A stretch of DNA of 59,546 nucleotides. It comes from a candidate division WOR-3 bacterium (lineage in GTDB: Bacteria > Hydrothermota > Tepidihabitantia > SM23-42 > JAOAFX01). Positions 38,089-48,129 of the stretch are shown one piece after another. Within the stretch, counting starts at the first letter, position 1; the number at the start of each line of letters is the position of its first letter. Under the pieces are notes generated by a model. The model had not been told where the DNA came from, searched no databases, and was given only the letters and a program-made list of their open reading frames with translations. The translations under genes and the position numbers were made by a program. Location of the stretch: assembly GCA_037444665.1 (NCBI GenBank), contig JBBILZ010000007.1, forward strand, positions 1 to 59,546. Direction: 5' to 3'.

Positions 38089-39375
38089 ATGGCAAAAAAA
38101 GCAAAAAAAATAAAAAAGAAACCTGCAGCCAAAAAAGCAGTAGTGAGCAAAAAAACATCAAAAATTAAAAAGCCTGAATATCCGCAAGCAATTGTGAAGG
38201 CTATGGAACATTTTGCAGGAATTCTGGAAGAACAACTTAAGCGGGTTCAGGCAATAAAGAAGGCAGAAGACTGGATAGATTATTCAAAATTGAAACCTAT
38301 AATCATTGGTGTTATTGGTGGCGATGGTATTGGTCCGTCTATTACTGGTGAAGCACAGCGGGTCCTTGAATATCTCTTAAAAGATGAGATGAAAAAAGGT
38401 AAAGTTGAATTCAGAACCATAGAAGGTTGCACTATTGAAAGGCGTGCTGAGGTTCGTAAGGCTATTCCAGATGAAGTTCTTGTAGAAATCAAAAAATGCC
38501 ATGTCCTACTAAAAGGACCTACAACTACGCCGAAAAAAGGCGACCCCTGGCCCAATATTGAGAGTGCCAATGTCGCAATAAGAAAGGAACTTGACTTATT
38601 TGCCAATGTAAGACCTGTGCGCGTGCCTTCCCAGGGTATTGATTGGATTTTCTTCCGTGAAAATACCGAGGATGTATATGCACTTGGACCATTTGGCATT
38701 GAGGTTACTCCAGACCTGGCAATAGATTTCAAAATGATAACAAAACCTGGCAGTGATAGGATTATCAGACTTGCGTTTGAACATGCGAAAAGAAATAATA
38801 AGACAAAGGTGTCAGCGGTTACTAAGGCAAATGTAGTAAAGACAACCGATGGTTTGTTCTTAAAAACATTTTATGAGATTGCCAAAGAATATCCAGGGAT
38901 AACTGCTGATGACTGGTTTATTGATATTATGACCGCAAAGCTTGTTGATTTGAAGAGGCGGACTGAATTTCAGGTGCTTGTTCTGCCCAATCTTTATGGT
39001 GATATCCTCACTGATGAAGCAGCAGAATTCCAGGGTGGTGTTGGTACTGCAGGAAGCGCAAATATCGGAAAGAGATATGCGATGTTTGAGGCAATACACG
39101 GAAGCGCACCCAGAATGGTTCAGGAAGGAAGGGCACAGTATGCTGACCCCTGCAGTGTTATCCGCGCTGGAGTAATGCTTTTGAACCACATCGGCTATGT
39201 GGAACTGGGCAAAAAACTTGAGATGGCACTTGATATCTGTGGACAGTATGAAAAGAAATTGATTATGACCGGAAGGGCAACCGGTGCTACAGGTCGCGAT
39301 TTCTGCAACTATATCCTTGAAACAATGGAAGACCCAAATCTTGAAAATCGCTGGAACGAATACCAGAAAAAATAG
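38089..39375 (+). CDS. Isocitrate/isopropylmalate dehydrogenase family enzyme (probably isocitrate dehydrogenase)
   Basis: GDGIGP, LKGPTTTP, SANVAIRKELDLFANVRP, RENTED, NLYGDILTD, FEAIHGSAP; Lys/Ala-rich N-terminal extension. Confidence 0.88.
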   Translation: MAKKAKKIKKKPAAKKAVVSKKTSKIKKPEYPQAIVKAMEHFAGILEEQLKRVQAIKKAEDWIDYSKLKPIIIGVIGGDGIGPSITGEAQRVLEYLLKDEMKKGKVEFRTIEGCTIERRAEVRKAIPDEVLVEIKKCHVLLKGPTTTPKKGDPWPNIESANVAIRKELDLFANVRPVRVPSQGIDWIFFRENTEDVYALGPFGIEVTPDLAIDFKMITKPGSDRIIRLAFEHAKRNNKTKVSAVTKANVVKTTDGLFLKTFYEIAKEYPGITADDWFIDIMTAKLVDLKRRTEFQVLVLPNLYGDILTDEAAEFQGGVGTAGSANIGKRYAMFEAIHGSAPRMVQEGRAQYADPCSVIRAGVMLLNHIGYVELGKKLEMALDICGQYEKKLIMTGRATGATGRDFCNYILETMEDPNLENRWNEYQKK

Positions 39376-39393
39376 GTCTCAGATAGAGTGCAA

Positions 39394-39429
39394 AAATAGG
39401 GGCTGAGTAAATCAGCCCCTATTTGTTTT
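39394..39429. terminator. Bidirectional intrinsic terminator
   Basis: AAATAGGGGCTGA-GTAAA-TCAGCCCCTATTT followed by GTTTT, between convergent genes. Confidence 0.85.
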
Positions 39430-40312
39430 AAATTATGTGTAACTGTTTTTTGATTCTATACCACAATCCTGTAATTCTTTTTATCTCTTTGAGATTTTGT
39501 ATTACTGAATCATGACCTTTTTGCACGAGTATATCCAGGGAAGAAAAATCTGCCCAGTGGTGTGTGCTGACATCTGGTTTTATCACATAGTCAGCCAGTC
39601 TTAAAATTCTCTGGTCAAGGTGTGCTTTCATAAAGATCAGGGCACGCTGACTGATTTTAAAACCGCTATCTGGTTCATCAGAAAATTCAGGGAATTCTCC
39701 TAAATACACGGCAATAATAATTTTTGCACCAATATCAATTAAAGGTTCTACTGGAATGTTATTTATTGTTCCTCCATCTACATAAATCTTTTTGTTTTCT
39801 TGCAGGGCAGGGAAGATTCCAGGAATGGCGCAGCTTGCCCACACTGCTTTATAAAGTAAACCCGAAGAAAAAACAGTTTCATCTCCTGAATTGATGTCAA
39901 GGCTATTACAGATAAAGGGAATCTTTAAATCACAGAATTTTTTATCACCGAATACTTTGATGAATAATTTTTCAGTGGCTTCGGTTTTGACAATAGATTT
40001 TCTGAATAGCAAGGTTCCCCAATAGTATTTTTCAAAAATTTTCTTCTTGAATTTTTTTAAAATATTCGCATCTTCAGTATAGAATTTATCAATCTCAAGT
40101 TCCTGAAATTCAGGGGCATTAATGATCTCCCTGGTGGTTTTTGCCAAATTTTTTGAACTTCCATTAAGACAATAGATGGCACCGACAACTGCGCCAATGG
40201 AAGTTCCCGCAACATAATCTGGTTTGATACCATTCTCTTCAAGCGCTTCAAGCACTCCAATATGAGCAAGTCCTTTTGCACCACCACCACCTAGCGCAAT
40301 ACCAAGTTTCAT
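39428..40312 (-). CDS. Patatin-like phospholipase
   Basis: LGGGGAKG, GTSIG, DGG motifs; start trimmed to ATG 40312. Confidence 0.92.
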   Translation of the reverse strand: MKLGIALGGGGAKGLAHIGVLEALEENGIKPDYVAGTSIGAVVGAIYCLNGSSKNLAKTTREIINAPEFQELEIDKFYTEDANILKKFKKKIFEKYYWGTLLFRKSIVKTEATEKLFIKVFGDKKFCDLKIPFICNSLDINSGDETVFSSGLLYKAVWASCAIPGIFPALQENKKIYVDGGTINNIPVEPLIDIGAKIIIAVYLGEFPEFSDEPDSGFKISQRALIFMKAHLDQRILRLADYVIKPDVSTHHWADFSSLDILVQKGHDSVIQNLKEIKRITGLWYRIKKQLHII

Positions 40313-40443
40313 AGCATCCCTAAAGATAATATAAAAATCTTCGGCGATGTCAATAAAGGACAAACAAGCCTAAAGGTTGCAAGAGTTGCATACGGTTCTT
40401 TACAGGGTTGAAAAATTAAATATAATGATGCAAAGGAGAATGA

Positions 40444-40908
40444 ATGGGAAAAACAATTTTATTCTGTAAAATATTTGTTGCACTATTGTTTTTTATTAAC
40501 TGTGGTGCAAATCTTGAATATCCAGATATTGACCGACACAGCAAGATTCCCAGCGATGTTTATAAAAGGACTCCTGCAACTGATTCTTTCCCACCGATAC
40601 TACATTCTAACGAATTTGAGGCACCTGTGCCACTCGGTGCTGGTGTTAACACTGCCGGTGCCGAAGATTCACCTTTTATACTTCCTGATGGCAATACACT
40701 TTATTTTGTTTTCGTATCTGATGTTCGGTTACCTGTTGAAAAACAACTTCTTGACTCAGTTTCTGGTGTCTGGGTATCATACAAGATTGGTGATGAATGG
40801 ACCGATGCAGAGAGGGTGTGGTTGCAGGATCCCAGGAGCATTGACAAGCATAGATTGTTGAATATAATATTGGCAACAGAAGACTTTAACAACGAGTATT
40901 TATCCTGA
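40444..40908 (+). pseudogene. Probable 3'-truncated lipoprotein with a PD40/WD40-like propeller blade
   Basis: Lipobox-like LFFINC; VNTAGAEDSPFILPDGNTLYF blade; after WLQDP the frame runs through the tRNA promoter sequence. Confidence 0.5.
40841..40868 (+). promoter_or_regulatory. sigma70-type promoter of tRNA-Leu
   Basis: TTGACA-16 nt-TATAAT. Confidence 0.75.
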
Positions 40909-40910
40909 AC

Positions 40911-40996
40911 GCCGGGATGATGGAATTGGTAGACGTAGCGGACTTAAAATCCGCTTCCCTGCAAAGGGAGTGCCGGTTCAAGTCCGGCTCCCGGCA
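40911..40996 (+). tRNA. tRNA-Leu (anticodon UAA), CCA not encoded
   Basis: Acceptor GCCGGGA/TCCCGGC, anticodon arm GCGGA-CTTAAAA-TCCGC, long variable arm, T-arm GCCGG-TTCAAGT-CCGGC. Confidence 0.97.
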
Positions 40997-41064
40997 TTTT
41001 CCTGATAACTTCTGAGAGCTACCAGACTCGGCATCACAAAATCCCAAAAATATTGAAAAATATT

Positions 41065-41107
41065 GAGATTGCCACGCCCGCCACGACTCTTGGCGGGCTC
41101 GCAAGGA
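41065..41107. repeat. GAGATTGCCAC...TCGCAA-type palindromic repeat with internal GCCCGCCA-N7-TGGCGGGC hairpin
   Basis: GAGATTGCCAC GCCCGCCA CGACTCT TGGCGGGC TCGCAAGGA; abuts MITE copy 3 where its second TIR would be. Confidence 0.6.
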
Positions 41108-41228
41108 ATTAAATCGATGTAGTTGCTCAATTTCCCGAAGGGGCTCTCGTCCCATCGGGACGGAGCATTGGGCTTTTTGGTGCTTGATAAATCAAGCAAC
41201 TACAATTTCAGGGTGGTTAAACCATTAC
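41105..41228 (-). mobile_element. MITE-like composite element, copy 3 (inverted, one end truncated)
   Basis: Reverse complement matches about 20-145; intact end GTAATGGTTTAACCACC; second TIR not seen. Confidence 0.8.
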
Positions 41229-41290
41229 AAAATTTTATTATTTCAATCTAACTCTTGTTTGTGGTTTAGACCGTCTAACGGATGTTTAAA

Positions 41291-42643
41291 TTACAACAAG
41301 CCTTTTTGTCTGTACCTGGCAATGCGGTTGAGCAGGGTTTTGTAAGATACGCGCAGACGCCTGGCTGCCTCTGATTTATTTCCTCCTGCCTGTTCCAGTG
41401 TTTTCTTTATTAATTCTGCTTCTGCCATTGCTCTGCCATAATTTGCAGCAGATTTCAAGTCCATACTATCTATGGAAAATGCAATGGTCTTTTCTGTTTG
41501 ACTTGGTAAAAGAATATGCTCAGGCTCAATCTTTAGCGTTGCGATAATATTTGCCCTTTCAATTGTGTTTTCAAGTTCCCGAATATTTCCTGGCCAGTCA
41601 TAATTTTTAAGTTTTTCAAGCGCAGATTCAGAAATCTTTTTATTGGACTTTAATTTTTTCAAAAAATGTTCTACAAGCAGGGGAATATCTTCTTTTCTTT
41701 GCCTCAACGGCGGTATTGTTATGGGAAAGACACTCAATCTATAAAATAGGTCTTCTCTAAATTTATTTTCCTTTACCAGAGCACTCAAATCTTTGTTTGT
41801 AGCGGCAATGATCCGTACATCCACTTTGATTGAAGTAGTTGCTCCGAGTCGTTCAAAGGTCTTTTCCTGTAATACCCTCAATAATTTTGCCTGTAAATCA
41901 AGTCCGAGGTCACCTACTTCATCAAGGAAGATTGTCCCTTTATGGGCAAGTTCAAATTTACCAATCTTTCGGGTATGGGCACCAGTAAATGCACCTTTTT
42001 CTGAACCAAACAGTTCATTCTCTAAAAGTTGACCTGGTATGGCACCACAATTTATTGTAACAAATGGATTTTCTTTTCTTGGTGAAAGGCTGTGGCAGGC
42101 ACGGGCAAACAACTCTTTACCTGTTCCAGATTCTCCTAATAAGAGCACTGTGGTTTCTGAAGGCGCAACCTTTTGTAGCATCTCTATAGATTTTATTATT
42201 GTCTCACTTGTACCCACAATTTGGGGAAACCCTTGAATATGTTGGACCATCTCTTTAAGCAAAATATTCTCATACCGGGTGCGACGCTCCTGTATTGCTT
42301 TACGCACAGTTAGGATGAGCTGGTCCATTTCAAATGGTTTGGTTAAAAAATCGCAGGCGCCAAGTTTCATTGCTTCTACTGCCCTCTCAATCGTGCCAAA
42401 CGCAGTCATAATGATGAATTTTGCATCATTATCTATGTTTTTTAATTCCCTCAAAATATCAATGCCATCTATGTCCGGGAGTCGTAAGTCTAAAAGGACC
42501 AGTTCAAATCTTTCATGTCTGAAATTCTGGATTGCTTCACGGCCTGATTTTACGCAGATGGTTGTAAAACCACTGTCCTCAAGCGCAACTTTTAATACAT
42601 CGGCAAAACTTGTTTTGTCTTCAACAATCAGGATGTCTGCCAT
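41291..42643 (-). CDS. Sigma-54-dependent response regulator (NtrC/AtoC family)
   Basis: Receiver (VEDK, LLDLRLP), GESGTGKE, GAFTGA, LDEVG, WPGNIREL, Fis-type HTH. Confidence 0.95.
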   Translation of the reverse strand: MADILIVEDKTSFADVLKVALEDSGFTTICVKSGREAIQNFRHERFELVLLDLRLPDIDGIDILRELKNIDNDAKFIIMTAFGTIERAVEAMKLGACDFLTKPFEMDQLILTVRKAIQERRTRYENILLKEMVQHIQGFPQIVGTSETIIKSIEMLQKVAPSETTVLLLGESGTGKELFARACHSLSPRKENPFVTINCGAIPGQLLENELFGSEKGAFTGAHTRKIGKFELAHKGTIFLDEVGDLGLDLQAKLLRVLQEKTFERLGATTSIKVDVRIIAATNKDLSALVKENKFREDLFYRLSVFPITIPPLRQRKEDIPLLVEHFLKKLKSNKKISESALEKLKNYDWPGNIRELENTIERANIIATLKIEPEHILLPSQTEKTIAFSIDSMDLKSAANYGRAMAEAELIKKTLEQAGGNKSEAARRLRVSYKTLLNRIARYRQKGLL

Positions 42644-44235
42644 CAGACTTTGAAATTCTGAATCATTTTTGAGAGTTTGTTTGTGATATTCAATAATTCC
42701 TGACTTGTTGCCGCAAATTCTTCAGTCGCTGCTGATTGTTGTTCTAATGAAGCAAGAATCTCTTCTGCAGCACTGGAGTTATCTTTTGAAATATTAAATG
42801 AGTCTTCAATCTGTTTGAGCATATTATTAATCTCTTCTTCTTCACGGGAAATAACATTCTTGATATTTTTTATCGCATTGTTCAACTCAATTACTGCACT
42901 GGAAATCGTTTTTAAAGATTCAGTTGTTGATTTGACCACCTGGTTACCGTCATAGATTGCCTTTCTTACTTCTTCTGAACTTTCTGCGACTGATTTAATA
43001 GAATCAATCATCTCTTTTACAATTTCACCAATTTCCATTGCTGAGTTCTGCGTATTGTCGGCAAGTTTTTTAATCTCATCCGCCACAATGGAAAATCCCC
43101 TGCCAAACTCTCCAGCACGGGCAGCCTCAATAGATGCATTGAGTGATAGAATATTTATTTTTTCTGAAATTTTGTTTATGGTTTCAATAATTTTTGTAAT
43201 GGTATTTGAAATATCATGCAATTTTGCCATCAGCCCAATGAGATATTCGTATCGTGAACCAATAATCTCTATATTTTTGATAACCACATCGCTCTGATTT
43301 AAACCACTGGTAGCACTTGTGGAAAAATTTCCTGCATAGCCTTCAACTTTTTTGATATTATCAACAACTGAAAAACTTATTTCACTCAATGTTTTTCCCA
43401 AGGATATTGATTTATCAAGTTCTTGATGCTGGCGGTCAACTCCTTCGGTCATTTTCTGGGTCGTTGATACAATTTCAGAGATGGATGTGGATAGTTCATT
43501 TGAAGTTGAAGCAATCTGGATGCTGATTGCACTGAGATGCTCAGAGGATTCAAGTATCAACTTTATAATATTTGCCTCGGTTTGAACAAGATTTTTTAAA
43601 CCTTGTCCGAGCAAAGATATTTCATCTGGTGAACCTTTCTCCTCTTCAATCTTAACAGTTAAATCACCTTTTTCTATCTGCTTCATTAAATTTCTAAGAT
43701 GGCGAATTCGGGAAAGGTCGCGGTCAAAGTCAATGATGAGCAGGAACGAAATAAAGGTAAAGAAGATAAGTTTAACAAATTCCAATCCTAAATTGATTTC
43801 AGGATAATTGTTCTGGGTTAAAATTACCATTGCACCATAGGCAATATCAACAAGGGCAACCGCATAGAGCCCATTTGTTATGCCGAGTAGATAGGCGGGG
43901 TGGAGGGAGATATAAAAATAGATTATAAAAAAAGGTATTCTCAATTGAGGATTAATAAATGAGAGGCACAGGGTCAGAACAAGTGTGGTTACGGTTGTGA
44001 TACTATAGGGAATTACCACTGAATATACACCTTTTTTGCTGAGATTGTATATAACAAGCGCAAACAAAAATACTATACCAGTAAATATCGGAATTATAAC
44101 AGGCACAAGCAGGAATTTTAAGAGCCAGCCGAATAGAAAAATTATTTCTAATAGAAGGCAGAAAAACATCGTTGCAATACTGCCTCTTTTTGAAAAATTT
44201 AATCCTTTTAAGCGAACTTCTTCATTGACTGCCAT
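42643..44235 (-). CDS. Methyl-accepting chemotaxis-like membrane protein
   Basis: Multiple N-terminal TM helices, HAMP (GDL..DEI..L), [35 protein letters not shown] overlaps the thiC stop. Confidence 0.92.
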   Translation of the reverse strand: MAVNEEVRLKGLNFSKRGSIATMFFCLLLEIIFLFGWLLKFLLVPVIIPIFTGIVFLFALVIYNLSKKGVYSVVIPYSITTVTTLVLTLCLSFINPQLRIPFFIIYFYISLHPAYLLGITNGLYAVALVDIAYGAMVILTQNNYPEINLGLEFVKLIFFTFISFLLIIDFDRDLSRIRHLRNLMKQIEKGDLTVKIEEEKGSPDEISLLGQGLKNLVQTEANIIKLILESSEHLSAISIQIASTSNELSTSISEIVSTTQKMTEGVDRQHQELDKSISLGKTLSEISFSVVDNIKKVEGYAGNFSTSATSGLNQSDVVIKNIEIIGSRYEYLIGLMAKLHDISNTITKIIETINKISEKINILSLNASIEAARAGEFGRGFSIVADEIKKLADNTQNSAMEIGEIVKEMIDSIKSVAESSEEVRKAIYDGNQVVKSTTESLKTISSAVIELNNAIKNIKNVISREEEEINNMLKQIEDSFNISKDNSSAAEEILASLEQQSAATEEFAATSQELLNITNKLSKMIQNFKV

Positions 44236-45482
44236 TATGACCTCCTGAAAATTTCCCTGGTTCTTTTCATTGCGCAGAATTCTCCACACATCGTGCAGGT
44301 CAATGATGAACGAGAATGTTTACGCATAAATATTTTTTTAGCCTTGAGCGGGTCAATTAAAAGATTTATCATTTTATCCCAGTCAAGGGCATATCTTGCC
44401 CGGGATACAGCAAGGTCACGATTAATTGCCGAACCAATATTTTTACCAATATCTGCTGCATGTGCGGCAATCTTCAAGGCAATTACTCCCTCACGAACTT
44501 CATCAACATTAGGTAAGCCAAGATGTTCTGATGGTGTTACATAACAAAGGAAATCTGCGCCATAATATCCGGCAAGGGCACCACCAATCGCTGCTACAAT
44601 ATGGTCATAACCTGCTCCAATATCAGTTACAAGCGGACCCAGCACATAAAATGGGGCATTGTCACATATGGTCTTTTGCAGTTTGATATTTGCTTCAATC
44701 TCATTGATTGGAATATGGCCTGGACCTTCTACAATTACTGATACACCTTTTGTCCTTGCCTGTTTCACCAAATCACCAATTACGACCAGTTCCTTTATCT
44801 GATATTCATCAGTTGCGTCGTGGATTGCGCCTGGTCTTAAGCCATCACCAAGGCTCAATGTTGCTGAGTATTTTTTTGCCAGTTGTAGTAATCGGTCATA
44901 ATATTCATATAATGGATTTTCTTTTTTATTTGCTCTCATCCATTCTATCATCATTGAACCACCGCGGCTCACAACACCACAAACTCTTCTTTTCTTTTCC
45001 ATTCTTTTGATTGTTTCTCTGGTGATACCACAATGCACTGTGATAAAATCCACACCATCTTCAAGGTGTTTTTCAATGATTTCAAATATTTCATCAGCGG
45101 TTGCTTTAGTGAATGGCTTATTTTTCTTGCGCATTTCAATTGCAACCTGATAAATGGGCACGGTTCCTACTGCCACACTTGAGGCTTTAATGATTTCTCT
45201 TCTGATTTTATCTATATCCCCACCTGTTGAGAGGTCCATAACTGCATCTGCACCAGACTTTATTGCAACATCCAGTTTCTTCAATTCTTCTTTAAAATTG
45301 GCATAGTCTGGTGAAGTTCCAATGTTGGCATTGACTTTTGTGCTGAGCCCCTTACCCAGTGCCAGAGGTTCAATATTACGGAGCCGATTTTTTATCAGAA
45401 CCACACTGCCCTCTGCTATATTATTTTTTAATTTATTATATTTTATACCTTCTTTCAGAGCAATCTTTTTTAGTTCTTTCAT
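44235..45482 (-). CDS. thiC: Phosphomethylpyrimidine synthase
   Basis: [54 protein letters not shown]. Confidence 0.96.
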   Translation of the reverse strand: MKELKKIALKEGIKYNKLKNNIAEGSVVLIKNRLRNIEPLALGKGLSTKVNANIGTSPDYANFKEELKKLDVAIKSGADAVMDLSTGGDIDKIRREIIKASSVAVGTVPIYQVAIEMRKKNKPFTKATADEIFEIIEKHLEDGVDFITVHCGITRETIKRMEKKRRVCGVVSRGGSMMIEWMRANKKENPLYEYYDRLLQLAKKYSATLSLGDGLRPGAIHDATDEYQIKELVVIGDLVKQARTKGVSVIVEGPGHIPINEIEANIKLQKTICDNAPFYVLGPLVTDIGAGYDHIVAAIGGALAGYYGADFLCYVTPSEHLGLPNVDEVREGVIALKIAAHAADIGKNIGSAINRDLAVSRARYALDWDKMINLLIDPLKAKKIFMRKHSRSSLTCTMCGEFCAMKRTREIFRRS

Positions 45483-45724
45483 CCTGGTAACTCCACATTG
45501 ACTCCGAGCGATGTTTTGGGAACAGCATAGGCAACAAACTTCATAATAAAGTTCATTGCTTTTTCCTCATCTGGTGCCTCAAAAATAAGCACAAAATCAG
45601 GCTTACCAAAAAGAGAAAGAAATTCTCTCAGTTTTATTCCTTCTGGAATGCTTAGGGTTTTGATTGTATTTAACAATTCATCAGCGCGACCTGGAATTAC
45701 ATCAAGCGTGGTGATAAAGGTCAT
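45479..45724 (-). CDS. Small GYD-like / ferredoxin-fold protein
   Basis: LFGKPDFVLIFEAPDEE resembles the GYD family; GGGAGG SD; overlaps the thiC start. Confidence 0.6.
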   Translation of the reverse strand: MTFITTLDVIPGRADELLNTIKTLSIPEGIKLREFLSLFGKPDFVLIFEAPDEEKAMNFIMKFVAYAVPKTSLGVNVELPG

Positions 45725-45742
45725 TATGCCTCCCCATAATTT

Positions 45743-45770
45743 ATTATATGCCAAAATATAATTTTGTCAA
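45743..45770 (-). promoter_or_regulatory. sigma70-type promoter of the GYD-thiC-MCP-NtrC unit
   Basis: TTGACA-16 nt-TATAAT. Confidence 0.75.
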
Positions 45771-45793
45771 GAAATGGTTATTTTTTTGTATTT

Positions 45794-46909
45794 CTACACT
45801 ATGCCTTGATAAATGCGGTATTTTTTGTATATTCTTCCACCCATCTTTAAAATGGTGTTATTTACTGGATAATTGTCTTCAAGCGTCCAGCTCAGTTCAC
45901 CACTGTTATAGCCGAGTTTCAACCCAGCCTTAAAACTTTCCAGAAACATTAATGCCTCAAGCCCCAATTTTTGATAATCTTTTTTTACACCCATAATCAT
46001 CAAACGTGCCTCTTTAATTTTATTTTTATAATAAAGGAACTTTAACATCCCTAAAAGATTTAAATTACCATTAAGTTTTTTAAGAATAAAATTATAATTG
46101 GGCACAGCCAATGAAACCGCAACTGGCACATTATCAATCTCTACAACTATTACTAATTCGGGCACGATAAGGTCTTTTAAGGTTTTGGCAATGTGATTAA
46201 ATTCAGAATCGGTCATCGGCACAAAACCCCAGTTTCTGCTCCAGGCATCATTATAAACCTCTTTTATCTTTTTAACTTCATTGGCGAAGTCTTCAATGTT
46301 TACATGGCGCACCTTAAGGTCTCTCACACGCTTGCGAATAGTTGAGCAGAGTCGCTCCAATTTTTCTAATGGTGCATTTTTTGCTTCAATATAGAATGCA
46401 TAAAGGTCTTTTGCCTTTGTGAGTCCTGCAGACAGAGCAAGTTCGTGATAGTAATCAAATGTGTAGGTCATCATTATCATCGGTTCTAAAAAATAGCCCT
46501 CCAGAAGAAATCCAACCTCTTCATTTGTAGAAGGATTGAAAGGACCAACAAACTTTGTCATTCCTTTTTCTTTTTGAAAATTTCGCACTGCATCAAACAA
46601 TGCCATTGCTGCTTCTTTATCATTCTCGCACTCAAAGAACCCAAAATAACCGGTCTTCTCATTCCAGAACTCAATATAATTATAATCAATGATTGCGCAG
46701 ATACGACCTACAACTTCTTTATTGCGATAGACAATAAACATCTCTCTTTCTGAATGTTCCCAGAAGGGATACTTTTTCTTGTCAAAGAGGTTGTATACTT
46801 CTTTTTTCAGGGGAGGCACCCAGTACCGATTGTTCTTGTATAATCTAAAGGGGAGTTCAACAAATAACTTCAGTTCTTTTTCGGTTTTTGCGGGAACAAC
46901 TTTTGTCAC
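45794..46909 (-). CDS. Double-GNAT N-acyltransferase, bacterial ceramide-synthase-like family
   Basis: YWVPPL, VGRI.A, GYFGFFE, GPFNPSTNEE.G, NDAWSRNWGFVP, ELSWTLEDN; GTG overlaps the upstream stop. Confidence 0.7.
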   Translation of the reverse strand: MTKVVPAKTEKELKLFVELPFRLYKNNRYWVPPLKKEVYNLFDKKKYPFWEHSEREMFIVYRNKEVVGRICAIIDYNYIEFWNEKTGYFGFFECENDKEAAMALFDAVRNFQKEKGMTKFVGPFNPSTNEEVGFLLEGYFLEPMIMMTYTFDYYHELALSAGLTKAKDLYAFYIEAKNAPLEKLERLCSTIRKRVRDLKVRHVNIEDFANEVKKIKEVYNDAWSRNWGFVPMTDSEFNHIAKTLKDLIVPELVIVVEIDNVPVAVSLAVPNYNFILKKLNGNLNLLGMLKFLYYKNKIKEARLMIMGVKKDYQKLGLEALMFLESFKAGLKLGYNSGELSWTLEDNYPVNNTILKMGGRIYKKYRIYQGIV

Positions 46910-48093
46910 TTTACCAGACCAAATGCCTTTGCACAACGGGCAAATACATCAAGAACAATTGAAATGTCTTCATCAGTATGGGTTGCCATATAACTTGTTC
47001 TTATCAATGCCCTGCCCGGTGGTGTTGCCGGTGAAATCACGGGATTGGCAAACACACCATTTTCAAAGAGCATCTTCCAGAAGGCAAAACACTTATCATC
47101 TTCACCAATAATCACGGGAATTACTGGTGTGGTGCTATTTCCTGTATCAAGGCCTATGTTTTTAAAACCTGTCCTTACCCTTTCACTAATCTGCCACAGC
47201 CTCTCTCTTCGTTCAGGCTCATTTTTTATAATTTCCAGGGATTTTAATGCACTGGCAACAGATGCTGGTGTCATACTTGCCGAAAATATTAAGGCACGGG
47301 CAGTGTGTCTGATATGTGTTATTACATCTTTCTCAGCAACAACAAAACCGCCGAGTGAGGCGAATGACTTACTGAATGTGCCCATAATGATGTCAACCTG
47401 ATTTAAAAGATTGAAATGTTCACAAACCCCGCGCCCCTTTTCACCCATAACACCAATGCCATGGGCATCATCAACCAAGAGTTTTGCGTTATATTTATTT
47501 TTCAGATGGACAATCTCTGGTAGATTTATGACATCGCCTTCCATACTAAAAACACCGTCTACAACGAGCAATTTTCCTTTGTTGTGAGGCAGTGATTTCA
47601 AAATTCTTTCCAGGTCTGCCATATCATTGTGCATAAACTTTTTAACTTCGGCAAAGGAGAGCCTGCATCCATCAATAATTGAGGCGTGGTCCTGTCTGTC
47701 AATGATAATAATATCATCTTTTCCTGCAATTGAAGAGATTATGCCCAGATTTGTTTGAAATCCAGTAGAAAACACGATCGCCCCATCTTTTTCAAAAAAT
47801 TTAGCAAGTTCTTGTTCCAGTTTTATATGAATATCAAGGGTGCCGTTTAAAAATCTTGAACCGGAACAGGTTGAACCATATTTTTTCACGGCTTCAATTG
47901 CTGCCTGTTTTAATCTGGGGTCAGCAGCAAGACCTAAATAGCCATTTGAGCCTATCATTATATATTCTTTTCCTTTAATTGTAACACGGTGGTCCTGGGC
48001 TGATTCAATGGGAGTAAAATACGGATAGATATCTATGCTTTTTGCCCGTTCAACTACCTTAACTGTTGCTTCGCATTTTTTGAATAGGTCCAT
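46906..48093 (-). CDS. PLP-dependent alpha-oxoamine synthase, serine-palmitoyltransferase-like
   Basis: IYPYF, SNGYLGL, GSRFLNGT, DHASI, DGVFSMEG, DDAHG, GTFSKSFASLGG. Confidence 0.8.
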   Translation of the reverse strand: MDLFKKCEATVKVVERAKSIDIYPYFTPIESAQDHRVTIKGKEYIMIGSNGYLGLAADPRLKQAAIEAVKKYGSTCSGSRFLNGTLDIHIKLEQELAKFFEKDGAIVFSTGFQTNLGIISSIAGKDDIIIIDRQDHASIIDGCRLSFAEVKKFMHNDMADLERILKSLPHNKGKLLVVDGVFSMEGDVINLPEIVHLKNKYNAKLLVDDAHGIGVMGEKGRGVCEHFNLLNQVDIIMGTFSKSFASLGGFVVAEKDVITHIRHTARALIFSASMTPASVASALKSLEIIKNEPERRERLWQISERVRTGFKNIGLDTGNSTTPVIPVIIGEDDKCFAFWKMLFENGVFANPVISPATPPGRALIRTSYMATHTDEDISIVLDVFARCAKAFGLVK

Positions 48094-48099
48094 TAATTG

Positions 48100-48127
48100 A
48101 TTATACGAATTTTTTAAGTAAAGTCAA
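48100..48127 (-). promoter_or_regulatory. sigma70-type promoter, predicted leaderless transcript
   Basis: TTGACT-16 nt-TATAAT, then 6 nt to ATG 48093. Confidence 0.7.
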
Positions 48128-48129
48128 TA

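Noticed and set aside
34988..39375. leuC/leuD/leuB leucine operon (or lysine AAA-pathway genes)
   Set aside because: The condensing enzyme in the operon is a Si-citrate synthase, not LeuA or homocitrate synthase; symbols withheld
40911..41290. Prophage or genomic island integrated at tRNA-Leu
   Set aside because: No integrase and no duplicated tRNA 3' end seen in the window
45483..45790. TPP riboswitch upstream of thiC
   Set aside because: The region is occupied by a coupled small CDS and its promoter; no TPP aptamer consensus recognised
46906..48093. bioF or kbl
   Set aside because: No biotin or threonine dehydrogenase context; motifs and GNAT partner favour an SPT-like enzyme, though this is unproven
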